From Minisyncoccota bacterium (lineage in GTDB: Bacteria > Patescibacteriota > Minisyncoccia > Phycocordibacterales > JACRKE01), in NCBI GenBank assembly GCA_041660505.1, contig JBAZWG010000001.1, forward strand, positions 375,183 to 439,182: DNA of 64,000 nucleotides, written 5' to 3'. Positions 1 to 10,547 of the stretch are shown piece after piece. The notes beneath the pieces are model-generated. The model was not told where the DNA came from. It was given only the letters and a program-made list of their open reading frames with translations, and did not search any database. Position 1 is the stretch's first letter. Each line of letters opens with the position of its first letter. A program made the position numbers and the translations under genes.

Positions 1-159
1 CATATCTTGAAAACCAAAGCACGACTGAACAGCATTTTAGCCAAGAACACCGGCCAGTCCATCGCCCAGATTGAGAAAGACTCCGACAGAGACAACTTTA
101 TGTCCGCCGAAGAGGCCAAGAAGTACGGCCTGGTGGATGAAGTCCTGAAGCAGAAGTAA
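1..159 (+). CDS. clpP: ATP-dependent Clp protease proteolytic subunit, 3' end (truncated by window)
   Basis: Frame 1 translates [49 protein letters not shown], the typical ClpP C-terminus. Confidence 0.93.
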   Translation, partial: HILKTKARLNSILAKNTGQSIAQIEKDSDRDNFMSAEEAKKYGLVDEVLKQK

Positions 160-263
160 ACTTCCTATAATAAAAATCAACACCGAGTGTTGATAAATAA
201 GGGCATTACGGCTAGCGGAGGTTGAACCTCCGCTAGTTTCGTTTAGTGACAGGGGCGGCTATT

Positions 264-857
264 TCAGTGAGGCATATCGAGCAGACTTGTCGGAAAGTAG
301 GGTAAAACGTCCTCATCTCTTAACAAGATCGTTTCATCGGAAGCCTTGGTTAAACCGAATGACTGCCCCTTTGACACGCCGACATATACAACCTTCTTAT
401 GTAAAGAACGCACCTCTTCAACCGCGGGAACCAAATCAGTATCCGAACTTAACAGATATGCAACATCATAGCTGTCATTAATCGCAAAGCGAATCATCTC
501 AACTGCAACGCGAACGTCAACACCTTTCTCATGAAAGCTCTTGTCTGGATGTTGTATAAGGTTTCCGAGCACGACCGCAATATTTTGTTGTTGTAATTTA
601 GCAAGTAATTTTTGTTGACTTGCATACAGTTTTTCAGATTTCTCTCTATTTTGTCCGTTTTGCCTCTTCACCGCACCGATATAATATCTCATGTCGACGA
701 GTACCTGATTCTTGATTAGATGTTCTGCAAATTTTTGATATTCAAAATCAAGCAAACTTACCAGCCCAATTTTACCAAAGGTAATATCCTTGAGTTTGTA
801 GTAAAAATTATTACCATCTATGAATATCAAGGCACGATTTTTGAGTGTATCTTTCAT
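264..857 (-). CDS. NYN-domain (LabA/DUF88) PIN-like protein
   Basis: Motifs IFIDGNN, EKGVDV, LLSSDTDLVPAV. Confidence 0.9.
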   Translation of the reverse strand: MKDTLKNRALIFIDGNNFYYKLKDITFGKIGLVSLLDFEYQKFAEHLIKNQVLVDMRYYIGAVKRQNGQNREKSEKLYASQQKLLAKLQQQNIAVVLGNLIQHPDKSFHEKGVDVRVAVEMIRFAINDSYDVAYLLSSDTDLVPAVEEVRSLHKKVVYVGVSKGQSFGLTKASDETILLRDEDVLPYFPTSLLDMPH

Positions 858-1219
858 ATAACTAAAACTGCCGTCCTGGTTTTCACCAAGAAGGCAGTGG
901 GATTAACGTGACGCAAGTATAGCCTACGTAAACCCAAAAGTCAACTTGTCTGTTGATAACCCAGAACAGACTTATTCTATCATGAAAATTTATTCCTTTC
1001 TAGAAATATGTTCCCGATCACAATTTTACAATCCGCGCGAACTCTGGTATATTGAGTGTGTTCGATATTATAATTTATTTTCGCTTTATCGCTTCTCGCA
1101 GTTGCAAACAGACATGTGTACAAAAACTCTTATTTCTAGGCTTATTTTAGGAATACTGTCGAAACGACCAATACTGGTCGCATAGCTTGCAAAGGCTCGT
1201 GGCGTGAGGCGCACGCACT

Positions 1220-2812
1220 ATGTCAACCAAATTACTGTTACTCTTGCTCGGAGGGGGCGGAGCTGTTGGTATTCTCATCGGTTATCTCATTCGCTGGGCG
1301 GTTTCGCTCACCCAGAAGGCGTCTACGGAGCTCGCGGTTAAGCAAGCTTTGCTCGACGCGCAGAAGGACGCGCAGAAGATCATTGCTGACGCGCAAAAAA
1401 TAACGATTGAGGCAGAAAAGAAAGCAGAAGTAATCACGAACGACGCCAAGAAAATCGAGGCGGAGGCGAAGCGTGCCGAAGCCGATGTAAAACGAGCAGA
1501 GGCAGAAAGTAAGAATGAATTAAAGAAGCTCGAGGAGCGCTTGGTAAAGAAAGATGAGACCTTGGACAAACGCCAGTCTGATATCGATAAAGAAGCCGAA
1601 GCGATTAAAGAAAAAATTGTCGAGGTCAAGAATATCAAAGAGAACGTTAAGAAGCTTGAAGAAGACAAATTAAAAGAACTCGAGAAGGTAGCCAAACTTT
1701 CGCAAGAAGAGGCCAAAACGGTCATAATGCACGACATCGAGGCCAAGTATGAAGGCGACTTCCTCTCTCGAATGCAAAAATTGGAGCGTGACGGCAATGA
1801 ACGCTTGGACCATAAGGCCAAGGACTTGCTCGCGAATATCATCCAGCGTGTGGCATCTTCGACAGCATCAGACGTCATGACGACGACGGTGCAGATACCG
1901 TCTGATGACCTGAAGGGTAAGATAATTGGTAAAGAAGGACGCAATATCCGCGCCTTCGAACGTGCCGCAGGCGTTGACTTAATCATAGACGACACGCCGG
2001 GTACAATAGTTATCTCTAGCTTCGACCCTATTCGCCGAGCGATTGCAAAATATGCGCTTGAGGCTCTTATATTGGACGGCAGAATTCAACCGGCAAAGAT
2101 TGAGGAGCAAATCGAGAAATCGAAAGCGGAAGTTAATAAAATAATCAAAGAAAGCGGCGAGAAGGCAGCGTATGAAGCGGGTGTAATCAATCTCGACCAA
2201 AGGATCTTGCTTATCCTCGGCCGTTTGCACTTCCGCACAAGCTACGGTCAGAATGTTTTGACCCATTCGGTAGAAATGGCGCACATTGCGGCAATGTTGG
2301 CCGAAGAACTCGGAGGCGATGTAGCTATCGCCCGCGCCGGAGCCCTGCTCCACGACATCGGTAAGGCAGTTGATCATGAAGTGGTCGGCACGCACGTGGA
2401 GATTGGCCGCAGAATCTTGCAAAAGTTCGGCGCCGATGAGCGCATCATTAAGGCGATGCAGTCGCATCATGAAGAATACCCTTACGAGACAATAGAATCT
2501 ATCATTGTGCAGACGGCTGACGCTATCTCTGCCGGCCGCCCGGGTGCTCGCCGCGACAGCGTAGAGAACTACCTTAAGCGTTTGCACGACCTAGAAGACC
2601 TTGCAACGTCATTCAAGGGCGTAGAAAAGGCCTATGCCATCCAAGCTGGCCGCGAGGTACGCATCTTCGTCACCCCGGACCAAGTGAGCGATATTGAGGC
2701 TAAGACTATGGCCCGCGAGATCGCGACAAGAGTGGAACAAGAGCTCAAATACCCAGGAGAAATCAAGGTCAACGTTATCCGAGAGCTCCGCGCCGTCGAA
2801 TACGCAAGATAA
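1220..2812 (+). CDS. rny: Ribonuclease Y
   Basis: N-terminal TM helix, coiled coil, KH motif (KGKIIGKEGRNIRAFE) and HD domain (LLHDIGK). Confidence 0.97.
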   Translation: MSTKLLLLLLGGGGAVGILIGYLIRWAVSLTQKASTELAVKQALLDAQKDAQKIIADAQKITIEAEKKAEVITNDAKKIEAEAKRAEADVKRAEAESKNELKKLEERLVKKDETLDKRQSDIDKEAEAIKEKIVEVKNIKENVKKLEEDKLKELEKVAKLSQEEAKTVIMHDIEAKYEGDFLSRMQKLERDGNERLDHKAKDLLANIIQRVASSTASDVMTTTVQIPSDDLKGKIIGKEGRNIRAFERAAGVDLIIDDTPGTIVISSFDPIRRAIAKYALEALILDGRIQPAKIEEQIEKSKAEVNKIIKESGEKAAYEAGVINLDQRILLILGRLHFRTSYGQNVLTHSVEMAHIAAMLAEELGGDVAIARAGALLHDIGKAVDHEVVGTHVEIGRRILQKFGADERIIKAMQSHHEEYPYETIESIIVQTADAISAGRPGARRDSVENYLKRLHDLEDLATSFKGVEKAYAIQAGREVRIFVTPDQVSDIEAKTMAREIATRVEQELKYPGEIKVNVIRELRAVEYAR

Positions 2813-2890
2813 TTCAGAACAGAATTGAAGAATTTAGGAATCTGGGAATTTTAGGTCTTTAATTCCTTAATTCTCTAATTCCTAAATTCT
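2812..2890. repeat. AT-rich imperfect palindrome built from short GAATT/AATTC units
   Basis: gaattgaagaatttaggaatctgggaatttt...aattccttaattctctaattcctaaattct directly after the rny stop. Confidence 0.5.
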
Positions 2891-2989
2891 GTCCAAGCTG
2901 TTCACAGCTTCCTTGCGCTAAAATATGGCTTAATATATACTGGCCTTAGCAATCTAAAGGTCGAAGACTCTATAAGTTAATTTATTTCT

Positions 2990-3262
2990 ATGAACAAAGT
3001 AGATTTAGTCGGTGTTGTTCACGAGAAATTGGGCGGGACGAAAGTCGCAGCAGAAGAAGCGGTCAATGCCCTCTTCGATGCGGTCGTTCACTCACTCAAG
3101 AAAGGTGATGAAGTTTCTATCGCCGGACTTGGTATCTTCTCGGTCAAACAGCGTGCAGCTCGTTCTGCCCGCAACCCTCGCACAGGCGCGATAGTTCAGG
3201 TGCCTGCGATGAAGATTCCTAAATTCCGCGCCGCAAAGGCTCTTAAAGAAGCCGTGCGATAG
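2990..3262 (+). CDS. hup: HU DNA-binding protein
   Basis: MNKxDL...VSIAGLGIFSVKQRAARSARNPRTG...PKFRAAKALKEAV. Confidence 0.96.
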   Translation: MNKVDLVGVVHEKLGGTKVAAEEAVNALFDAVVHSLKKGDEVSIAGLGIFSVKQRAARSARNPRTGAIVQVPAMKIPKFRAAKALKEAVR

Positions 3263-3296
3263 CCGGAATCTGTTTTCGAAAATTGTTTTCCACTTA

Positions 3297-3330
3297 CAAA
3301 AGTCCGCCGATGAGGCGGGTTTTTGTTTTT
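3297..3330 (+). terminator. Intrinsic terminator after hup
   Basis: gtccgcc-gatga-ggcgggt hairpin followed by a T tract. Confidence 0.6.
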
Positions 3331-3346
3331 ATGCTAAAATAAGTTT

Positions 3347-5017
3347 ATGTTTAGAACCGTATTTATTTCTTTACTCGTTGGTATTACCGGCGTTGCGGCC
3401 GCGTTCACGATACAACCCGCTTCTTCCGCACCACAACAGCTTGAGGCCCAAAAATCTGAATCTGTTACTGCTTCACCACATACGACACAGAATGCATTGT
3501 CGCAATTTCAGAGTGTGGCATGGAATACGCCTAACCGGCAAAATCAAAACGAACAGAATGTTTTTGATGCATTCTCGCCATTTATTCAAACCTTCTCAAA
3601 ATCTATTTCTTTATCTGATAAGTCGACCTCCACACTACAGCCAACTTCATTACCCAAAAATGTTCTAGCGATTGAACCGCTGGGCTCGCTCGCGCGTTAT
3701 ATGAACTCGCTCGCACCCGCGGGAAACGCGCCTTTTGCAAGCGCCTTGTCCGAAACACAGGTACGAAATACGTTGAACAGTGGCGGTATTTCTATCAATG
3801 CACAACCGCCACAAACAATCGTGGCGGGGCTTGGACAGCAGGCAGTTGACGGACTGTTGTATTTTCACAATCAAGCCGGATCCTTTACCGTTACCGGCGG
3901 GACCGAGGGCGGCCACCAGACTCACGGTACACAAAATACCTATACCGAAAACAACGTCGATATTGGAAAAGGGACGGGCCTCGATACGTTTATTGAAAAC
4001 AACAAGATAAGCACACGGCCTGGAACAAACGGCACAATATACAAACTAAAAGACGCAAATGGCCAAAATATCGAGTGTATGGACGAGGGCAATCACTGGC
4101 ACTGTATGTTCAACCCCGACGCTCGCGGGATAAATCAATCGACAGACCAGCCCGACGGCGACTCCGGAGACGGCGATGGAAGTGGTGAAAGCGGTTCTGG
4201 TGGCGGAACCAGTAGCGCCTATTGTGGTGATGATTACTGGTCAGATGAAGACATTTGTTGTTACAAGCATACTGGTCCTGCCGGCCCGCCCGGGCAATAT
4301 GATGGCGTGACGACGTGCAATGCTGGTTTTAAAATGGCTGGCGACCCACCTATCCCTACTCCGGTACCAAATTGCGGTCGTGACGGCAAACTCTGCGATC
4401 TGGAACTCACCTTGGCACAACCCGGAGGCAAACTTTTGTCCTGTTTATTCGCTGCCTGCCCGCCCAAGCGTAATGCTATCTGGGACCCGCAAACTAAACG
4501 CTGTGGCTGTGACGACGGAGGCAGTGGAATCGGGGTGGCCAGTGGCGGAGGTAGTGGAGATAACGGCACCGAGGCACCATCAACTTCTGCGACTGGAGAT
4601 CAACAAGGGAACACGGACAAATTGGCCGCACGGGGCGTAACATTGCAAAACGGCGTCCAAGTTGGCGGTCTAACCGACAACACCATGAATGGTATCGATA
4701 AATTTGCCGCAGACTATAAGGCGAATACCGGTAACACTCTGGAGATGAGCGCTGGCACCAACGGCACGCACGACGCGAATACACCAAGTGGCTTCACTCA
4801 TGCAAACGGCGGTAAGACCGACTTCAGTACCGGCGGGGATAACACCAACAGCGATCTTGCGCGTTATATTAAGAACCCCGATAACGGTTTCACCTTTGAC
4901 CACAACGCTTCTGACGGTCCGGTCTATCATGACGGAAACGGCAACATCTTTTATCTAGAAAATTCTGGCACTGCACCACACTTGGATGTCGCCTGGGCTG
5001 GGAACAATACAAGGTAG
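3347..5017 (+). CDS. Secreted protein with two putative LAS/peptidase-M15-like domains flanking a Cys-rich linker
   Basis: Signal peptide; domain 1 VTGGTEGGHQTHG..VDI..HWHC, domain 2 SAGTNGTH..THANGGKTDF..HLDV; Gly/Ser linkers. Confidence 0.6.
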   Translation: MFRTVFISLLVGITGVAAAFTIQPASSAPQQLEAQKSESVTASPHTTQNALSQFQSVAWNTPNRQNQNEQNVFDAFSPFIQTFSKSISLSDKSTSTLQPTSLPKNVLAIEPLGSLARYMNSLAPAGNAPFASALSETQVRNTLNSGGISINAQPPQTIVAGLGQQAVDGLLYFHNQAGSFTVTGGTEGGHQTHGTQNTYTENNVDIGKGTGLDTFIENNKISTRPGTNGTIYKLKDANGQNIECMDEGNHWHCMFNPDARGINQSTDQPDGDSGDGDGSGESGSGGGTSSAYCGDDYWSDEDICCYKHTGPAGPPGQYDGVTTCNAGFKMAGDPPIPTPVPNCGRDGKLCDLELTLAQPGGKLLSCLFAACPPKRNAIWDPQTKRCGCDDGGSGIGVASGGGSGDNGTEAPSTSATGDQQGNTDKLAARGVTLQNGVQVGGLTDNTMNGIDKFAADYKANTGNTLEMSAGTNGTHDANTPSGFTHANGGKTDFSTGGDNTNSDLARYIKNPDNGFTFDHNASDGPVYHDGNGNIFYLENSGTAPHLDVAWAGNNTR

Positions 5018-5020
5018 CAC

Positions 5021-6196
5021 TTAATTATACACTCGCTTGATGAGCGGGTTGATGCGCGTTATTATTTCGTAATTTATCGTGCCGGCTTTTTCGGCTAGTT
5101 CGTCAGCGGTAATCGTCTGGCCAATTAATTCTACTTCGTCTCCTATTTTAATATTAGGAATATTGGTAACGTCTATCGATATTATATCCATCGAGACTCG
5201 GCCAATTACTTTCGCTCGTTTGCCGTTAATCGCCACAAATGCTTTTGATGACAGCGCTCGCGGATAGCCGTGCCAATAACCTATCGGGCAAACGGCAAGT
5301 TTGGTACCGGGCGGGACTGTCTCTGTATGGTCATAGCCTACACTGCCACCGTCTTTAAGCGTTTTAATTTCTGAAATAATCGTGTGCCACGAAAGCGCCG
5401 GCTTGAGTGTGATATTCGTGCCGATTGCATCCCGCACCGTCGGATCAGACCAGAGGCCGTACATGCTTATCCCGCTGCGGATCATATCGAGATGTGCATC
5501 GGAAAAAGTTAGAGTCGGCCCGGATGCCGACGCGTGTGTTATGGGCGTAAATCCGGCATTTTTAAATTGCGAAATAATTTCTGCAAAGATTTTCAGTGCC
5601 AAATCTACTTGTTCTGTCGTGCCATTGTGCCTGCCGAACGGGAAGTGCGTATAAACTCCCTCGACAATAACATTGGGTACTTCGTTTTTTAAATAGGCAA
5701 TAACTTGCGGAATTTCTTCCGGCAAGAATCCCTGCCGGTGCATCCCCGTATCTATTTTAAGGTGAGTTTTTAGTTTGTAGTTTTTAGTTTTTAGAATTTC
5801 TAAATGCTCAAGATGCGAAACGGTGATACTGACATCATTCTCGATTGCTTCAGTAATACGTGACGGCAATGTGTAGCCGAGAATTAAGATCGGTAGCGTA
5901 ATACCTTCTTCGCGCAAGCGCACCGCCTCGGTGATAGAGTCTACGCCTATCCAATCCGCGCCAAGGTCTTGCATTAATTTAGAATATTCCCAAAGCCCGT
6001 GTCCGTAGGCGTTAGATTTAGCGACAGCCATAAGCTTAATTTTGCCAACAAGGTCTCTCCTCGAGGAGGAGCTCTGCGACGGGAGAGGTGAGTCCTTGTT
6101 GTCGATAAGCTTACGAAACGTATCGTAGTTATGCCGAATGGCAGACGTATCCACCTCGACCCAGGTGCGCACGTCGGTTGGTTTGTTTGAGTTCAT
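5021..6196 (-). CDS. alr: Alanine racemase
   Basis: AVAKSNAYGHG PLP-lysine motif, KIDTGMHRQG, GRVSMD, TINYEI. Confidence 0.96.
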   Translation of the reverse strand: MNSNKPTDVRTWVEVDTSAIRHNYDTFRKLIDNKDSPLPSQSSSSRRDLVGKIKLMAVAKSNAYGHGLWEYSKLMQDLGADWIGVDSITEAVRLREEGITLPILILGYTLPSRITEAIENDVSITVSHLEHLEILKTKNYKLKTHLKIDTGMHRQGFLPEEIPQVIAYLKNEVPNVIVEGVYTHFPFGRHNGTTEQVDLALKIFAEIISQFKNAGFTPITHASASGPTLTFSDAHLDMIRSGISMYGLWSDPTVRDAIGTNITLKPALSWHTIISEIKTLKDGGSVGYDHTETVPPGTKLAVCPIGYWHGYPRALSSKAFVAINGKRAKVIGRVSMDIISIDVTNIPNIKIGDEVELIGQTITADELAEKAGTINYEIITRINPLIKRVYN

Positions 6197-6264
6197 ACCA
6201 ATAGTATAAGCATTTTTGCCATGAAACGCGAAATTTGATACTATGCAGTCTTGATTGATATTGC

Positions 6265-6335
6265 GCGGGCATAGTTTAGCGGTAAAATGTCAGTTTTCCA
6301 AACTGAGGTTCCGGGTTCGACTCCCGGTGCCCGCA
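6265..6335 (+). tRNA. tRNA-Gly(TCC)
   Basis: GCGGGCA/TGCCCGC acceptor stem, anticodon arm tcagt-TT TCC AA-actga, T loop TTCGACT. Confidence 0.95.
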
Positions 6336-7658
6336 TCAGGACTTCACCACTTCAATATCGGCGCCGATGGCGTTTAGTCTTGTCGCTATTTCTTCATAGC
6401 CTCTGTTTATGGAATAGACGTTTCTTAATATAGAAGTACCTTCGGCGGCCAGCATGGCGATGAGAATAATGACGGCGGGGCGCAGAGCCGGCGGGCAGAC
6501 CACTTGGCCGGCTTTTAATTTTGTTGGGCCGGTCACGAAGACGCGATGCGGGTCGGCAAGAGTGACCGACGCGCCAAGCTTGTTCAGCTCGGTAAAATAG
6601 ATAGCGCGGTTCTCCCACATCCAGTCATGAATTAATGTCTGGCCAGTGGCTTGCGTCGCGATAGGTACGAAGAACGGCAGGTTGTCGGAGTTGATGCCCG
6701 GATACGGCAAGGCGTGGAGCTTGTCGGCCGGTGCCTTTAATTTCGAAGGTAATATCGTGATATCGACGAGTTCGGTACGGCCGTTATAGGACTTATACTT
6801 TTTCGAAACTTTATATTTCAGTCCCATCTTCTCGAGTTTCAAGAGTTCTAGGGTAAGGAAATCTATTGGCGCTCGCGTGACAGTGAGCTTGGAGCCCGTC
6901 GTAATAGCCGCCGAGATGAACATCATTGCTTCTATCGGGTCCTCGCTGTTGTGATACTCGAGCGGTGCGTCGAATCCAGTAATGCCGTGCACGCGAAGCG
7001 TGGTGGCACCGATACCTTCAATCTTCACACCCATCTTCTCCAAGAAGAAGCAGATCTCCTGCACCTGATAATTCGGCGGGGCAAAGCGGATAGTCGTCAC
7101 ACCTTTGGCAAATGCGGCGGCCAAAAGCACATTTATGGCGCCGGTGTCGGACGCCTCGTACATCACCACCTCGCCGGCCTTAAGCCTCTTGGTCGTAACG
7201 GCGTAATGGTCGGCCTTGGTAACAATCTTCACGCCCAGGTTCTCAAGGCCATAACGATGCGCCGCGATTGTTCTGTTCCCCATTTTGCAACCGCCGGCGT
7301 GCGGGAGTTTGAAGAACTTCTCGCTATGCGCCAGCGCACCGATAAGCATGAGGCCCGAGCGCACACGCGCGGCAGCGGCGGCATCCAGCCCGTCCATCTT
7401 TAACACCGCCAGCGGGACAATCTCGAGCACGTTCTGCGCCTTCCACGTCGCTTTGACGTCAATGCTCTCAAGTATCTCGATTAATCGCTGGACCTCTTCT
7501 ATGCGCGAAATACCGCTAAGCGTCGTCTTATTTTTATTTAAAAGTGCGGCGCAAATCAATGCGACCGAGCCGTTTTTGGAAAAGTTGGTGGCAATCGAGC
7601 CCGAGAGTTTCTTGCCTCCTTTTATCTTAAAATCCAATGATTCGGGAAAAGCCGTCAT
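6336..7658 (-). CDS. murA: UDP-N-acetylglucosamine 1-carboxyvinyltransferase
   Basis: IKGGKKLSG, SKN, LPHAGGCKMGNR (catalytic Cys loop), YPGINSD, INRGYE. Confidence 0.93.
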   Translation of the reverse strand: MTAFPESLDFKIKGGKKLSGSIATNFSKNGSVALICAALLNKNKTTLSGISRIEEVQRLIEILESIDVKATWKAQNVLEIVPLAVLKMDGLDAAAAARVRSGLMLIGALAHSEKFFKLPHAGGCKMGNRTIAAHRYGLENLGVKIVTKADHYAVTTKRLKAGEVVMYEASDTGAINVLLAAAFAKGVTTIRFAPPNYQVQEICFFLEKMGVKIEGIGATTLRVHGITGFDAPLEYHNSEDPIEAMMFISAAITTGSKLTVTRAPIDFLTLELLKLEKMGLKYKVSKKYKSYNGRTELVDITILPSKLKAPADKLHALPYPGINSDNLPFFVPIATQATGQTLIHDWMWENRAIYFTELNKLGASVTLADPHRVFVTGPTKLKAGQVVCPPALRPAVIILIAMLAAEGTSILRNVYSINRGYEEIATRLNAIGADIEVVKS

Positions 7659-7685
7659 AGGTTATGTATGATATACTAGTGAGAT

Positions 7686-8738
7686 ATGTTTCGCAACCGC
7701 GCTTTAATCATATTATTCATACTGTTTTCGACTTTCATCTTTATCTCTTCGCCGAGTAATTCCAACGCCTCAAATAATGTTCTGATACAGAAACAGATAA
7801 AGATCTTGCTTTTAAAAATCCAAATACTTAGATCAGAACTGGCGAAACTTAAGCTCGCTGAGGCAAAGGTGGCTCCGCTTGCGCAACTGGATATCGAGAC
7901 GCTTAATACTTCGGTGCGCAAGGCTGTAGTGAATATTCTCTGTGAGAATCAGAGCAATAGTCCTTTCAAATCGATAAGCGGGAGCGGTGTTATCATCGAT
8001 TCGCGCGGGGTTATCTTGACCAACGCCCATATCGGGCAATATTTTTTGGTAAAAGATTATCCCACACAAAATTCGATGTCCTGCGTTATCCGCACCGGCA
8101 GTCCGGCCTTGCCCGCCTATTACGCCCAGCTTATGTATTTGCCACCGATGTGGATACAGAATAATCCGACGACGATGAAAACTTCCGGTGCCACCGGTAC
8201 GGGCGAGAATGATTACGCTTTGCTCGCGATAACCGACTCCGCCAATACCACTCCGCTCCCCGCCTCATTCTCTTCTATCTCTATCGACGACACGTTCACT
8301 TCCCTCGCCGATAATTATCCAGCTTTGCTCGTGAGTTACCCGGGCGAACTTGTGGGCTCGTTTATAATAAAGAATTCTTTATCAATGAGTTCGGCCGTGT
8401 CCAATATTAAACAGGGTTATTACTTCGACGGCGATACTGACCATAACCTCGACCTCTTGGATGTTTCCGGCACGGTCATCTCTCAAGCGGGGTCATCGGG
8501 CGGCGCGGCAGTCTCTTTGCTCACAGGCAAACTCATCGGCCTAATCACGACAGCAACAGAAGCAAAAACCACGGACATCCGCGAGCTACGTGCTATTACT
8601 CTCGCTCACATAAACCGCAGTATTACTAAATACACCAGCCAGTCGCTCGATGCTTTCTTAACGCAAAGTCCAATAAGCGCCGCCGTAAACTTCGAGACGA
8701 GTACGGCCTCAACCGAGCGCGCAATACTTATTCAATAG
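7686..8738 (+). CDS. Secreted trypsin-like serine protease
   Basis: Signal peptide; GSGVII, LTNAH (His), NDYALL (Asp), GSSGG (Ser). Confidence 0.85.
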   Translation: MFRNRALIILFILFSTFIFISSPSNSNASNNVLIQKQIKILLLKIQILRSELAKLKLAEAKVAPLAQLDIETLNTSVRKAVVNILCENQSNSPFKSISGSGVIIDSRGVILTNAHIGQYFLVKDYPTQNSMSCVIRTGSPALPAYYAQLMYLPPMWIQNNPTTMKTSGATGTGENDYALLAITDSANTTPLPASFSSISIDDTFTSLADNYPALLVSYPGELVGSFIIKNSLSMSSAVSNIKQGYYFDGDTDHNLDLLDVSGTVISQAGSSGGAAVSLLTGKLIGLITTATEAKTTDIRELRAITLAHINRSITKYTSQSLDAFLTQSPISAAVNFETSTASTERAILIQ

Positions 8739-9807
8739 AAGGCTTCTCGAGCAAAGTTTGTTCTACGCCCACGGCTTCGCCCGTGATACGCAAGACATCT
8801 TTGTCTATTTTGCCGAATTCTTTTGTGGCAGAGTTATAGTGATTCACAGTGGTCGAGAGCGATGCGCCGAGCTTGTTATGGAACTCTCCGAAGGCCTGCA
8901 GATGCTTGCCGAGGTTCTGGACATTCTTGCCAATCTCTTTCGTCGCCTCTTCTATCTTGAATGCTCTGTAGCCAAGCAATACTGTCTGTAGATACGCGAG
9001 TAGTGTCGTCGGTGAGACTATTATCACTTTCTTCTCATTCGTCGCGTAATCTATCAGGCTCCGCGTATTCACTTTCAGCGCACCGACTTCATTCACTATC
9101 AGGTCATAATAAATCCCTTCGGCCGGGATGAACATAAAGGCGAACGGGAGCGTGCCTTCATCTGTGCGAATATATTTCGCCGTCTCATCTATCCTTTTCT
9201 TCAAATCATCTTTAAATACTTTGGCGAACTCTTCTTGTCTTATCGGGTCGCGCTCTTCGACGAGTCTCTGATAATTATCCAATGAGAATTTAGCATCTAT
9301 GGGTATCACTCCGTCTTTAGTAATTATCACGGCATCCACCGCTTCACCGTTCGGGAATGAATATTGGAGCTTGAAGACGCCCGGCGGCAACACGTTTTCC
9401 AGAATAAGCTCGAGGGAACGTTCACCCAGACTCCCGCGCTGTTTCTGGTGCGTCAGCACGCGCTCAAGCTTTTGTAATGCTTCTGTAATAGTCAAAACTT
9501 TTTTGCTCTGCTCTGTTGATTCCGTTACACCCTTCTGTACATCGAGTAGCTGTCGCGTAACTTGGCTGGTAATATTCTGCATCAGCTTTTGCGATTCTGA
9601 CATTTGGAACTGCAGGGAGTCGTTCATCCATTTCGACGACTCGCCCAGCTTCGCGTCCATAACTTTTGCAAGCTCCGCCACCTGTTGTTGGAGCATCAGC
9701 ATGCTGTTCATATCCTGCTGTGGCTCGGTCCGTTTCTTCATAACGAAATACGCCCCGGCAAACCCGAGGAGGAGAAAGACTATCCCGATCAATATGTACA
9801 ATGCCAT
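8728..9807 (-). CDS. rmuC: DNA recombination protein RmuC
   Basis: RGSLGE..LE.IL, DAVI, IDAKF, FMFIPAEGIY, VSPTTL. Confidence 0.92.
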   Translation of the reverse strand: MALYILIGIVFLLLGFAGAYFVMKKRTEPQQDMNSMLMLQQQVAELAKVMDAKLGESSKWMNDSLQFQMSESQKLMQNITSQVTRQLLDVQKGVTESTEQSKKVLTITEALQKLERVLTHQKQRGSLGERSLELILENVLPPGVFKLQYSFPNGEAVDAVIITKDGVIPIDAKFSLDNYQRLVEERDPIRQEEFAKVFKDDLKKRIDETAKYIRTDEGTLPFAFMFIPAEGIYYDLIVNEVGALKVNTRSLIDYATNEKKVIIVSPTTLLAYLQTVLLGYRAFKIEEATKEIGKNVQNLGKHLQAFGEFHNKLGASLSTTVNHYNSATKEFGKIDKDVLRITGEAVGVEQTLLEKPSIE

Positions 9808-9846
9808 ATATAGACTATTCTAGCACAAGTCGCTATACTATCCAGC

Positions 9847-10545
9847 ATGAAGAAACAAAATTTAGAGACGCACCAAATACTTATCATAAAGTTATTTTTT
9901 ATACTTTCGGTCATTGTCATTTTTGCCTTTACCGGCTGGGCGTATTGGCTCATGGTAAATGCGAACCGTGTTTCGCCCGTACCCGTTGTAACAGAAACCG
10001 TCACGCCAACACAACCGGATACAAAAGTAGAAATTCCCTCCTCGAGCGAGGTTACACTTTGCGGAATTGCCATTACTTTGCCGGAATTTTCAATCGGCTC
10101 GCTAGGAAAAGACTTGGATGGTTGCTTGTATCGTGATGACAAGTTAAGCATACAAGTAATAGACAAGGGCACTTCGACGCAAGACGCCTTCACTGCCTTC
10201 GACAGATATCTGAACACGCAACTTGCCAAAGAAATAATCTCTATCGCTCGAACAGATTCCGAATCTGATAATTTCATTCTCCGCACTTTCTATAATCAGT
10301 TAGAAAAGAATTCCGTAGCCTACACCGCCGAGCTTGGCCAAGATAAGCTTGGTGCTGGCGTTTACCAGACTGCAACTTATTTGGACGGACGTTATATTGT
10401 CTATCTCACATATCACCTCTTCGACCAATACGACAACGGTCAGCCATTCAGAACTTATACTAAAGAATACGTTTCCCGACCGGAAGTTCAATCGGTAATA
10501 AAAGAACTGAACGCGAGTACCAGAACGATACGCGTAGCGCAATAA
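9847..10545 (+). CDS. Hypothetical membrane-anchored protein
   Basis: 232-aa ORF with one N-terminal TM helix and a Pro/Thr linker. Confidence 0.65.
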   Translation: MKKQNLETHQILIIKLFFILSVIVIFAFTGWAYWLMVNANRVSPVPVVTETVTPTQPDTKVEIPSSSEVTLCGIAITLPEFSIGSLGKDLDGCLYRDDKLSIQVIDKGTSTQDAFTAFDRYLNTQLAKEIISIARTDSESDNFILRTFYNQLEKNSVAYTAELGQDKLGAGVYQTATYLDGRYIVYLTYHLFDQYDNGQPFRTYTKEYVSRPEVQSVIKELNASTRTIRVAQ

Positions 10546-10547
10546 AC

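Noticed and set aside
1282-2587. Long antisense ORFs over rny, and similar ones over uvrA, rmuC and the ATPase
   Set aside because: They are shadow frames of well-supported genes with no motifs of their own.
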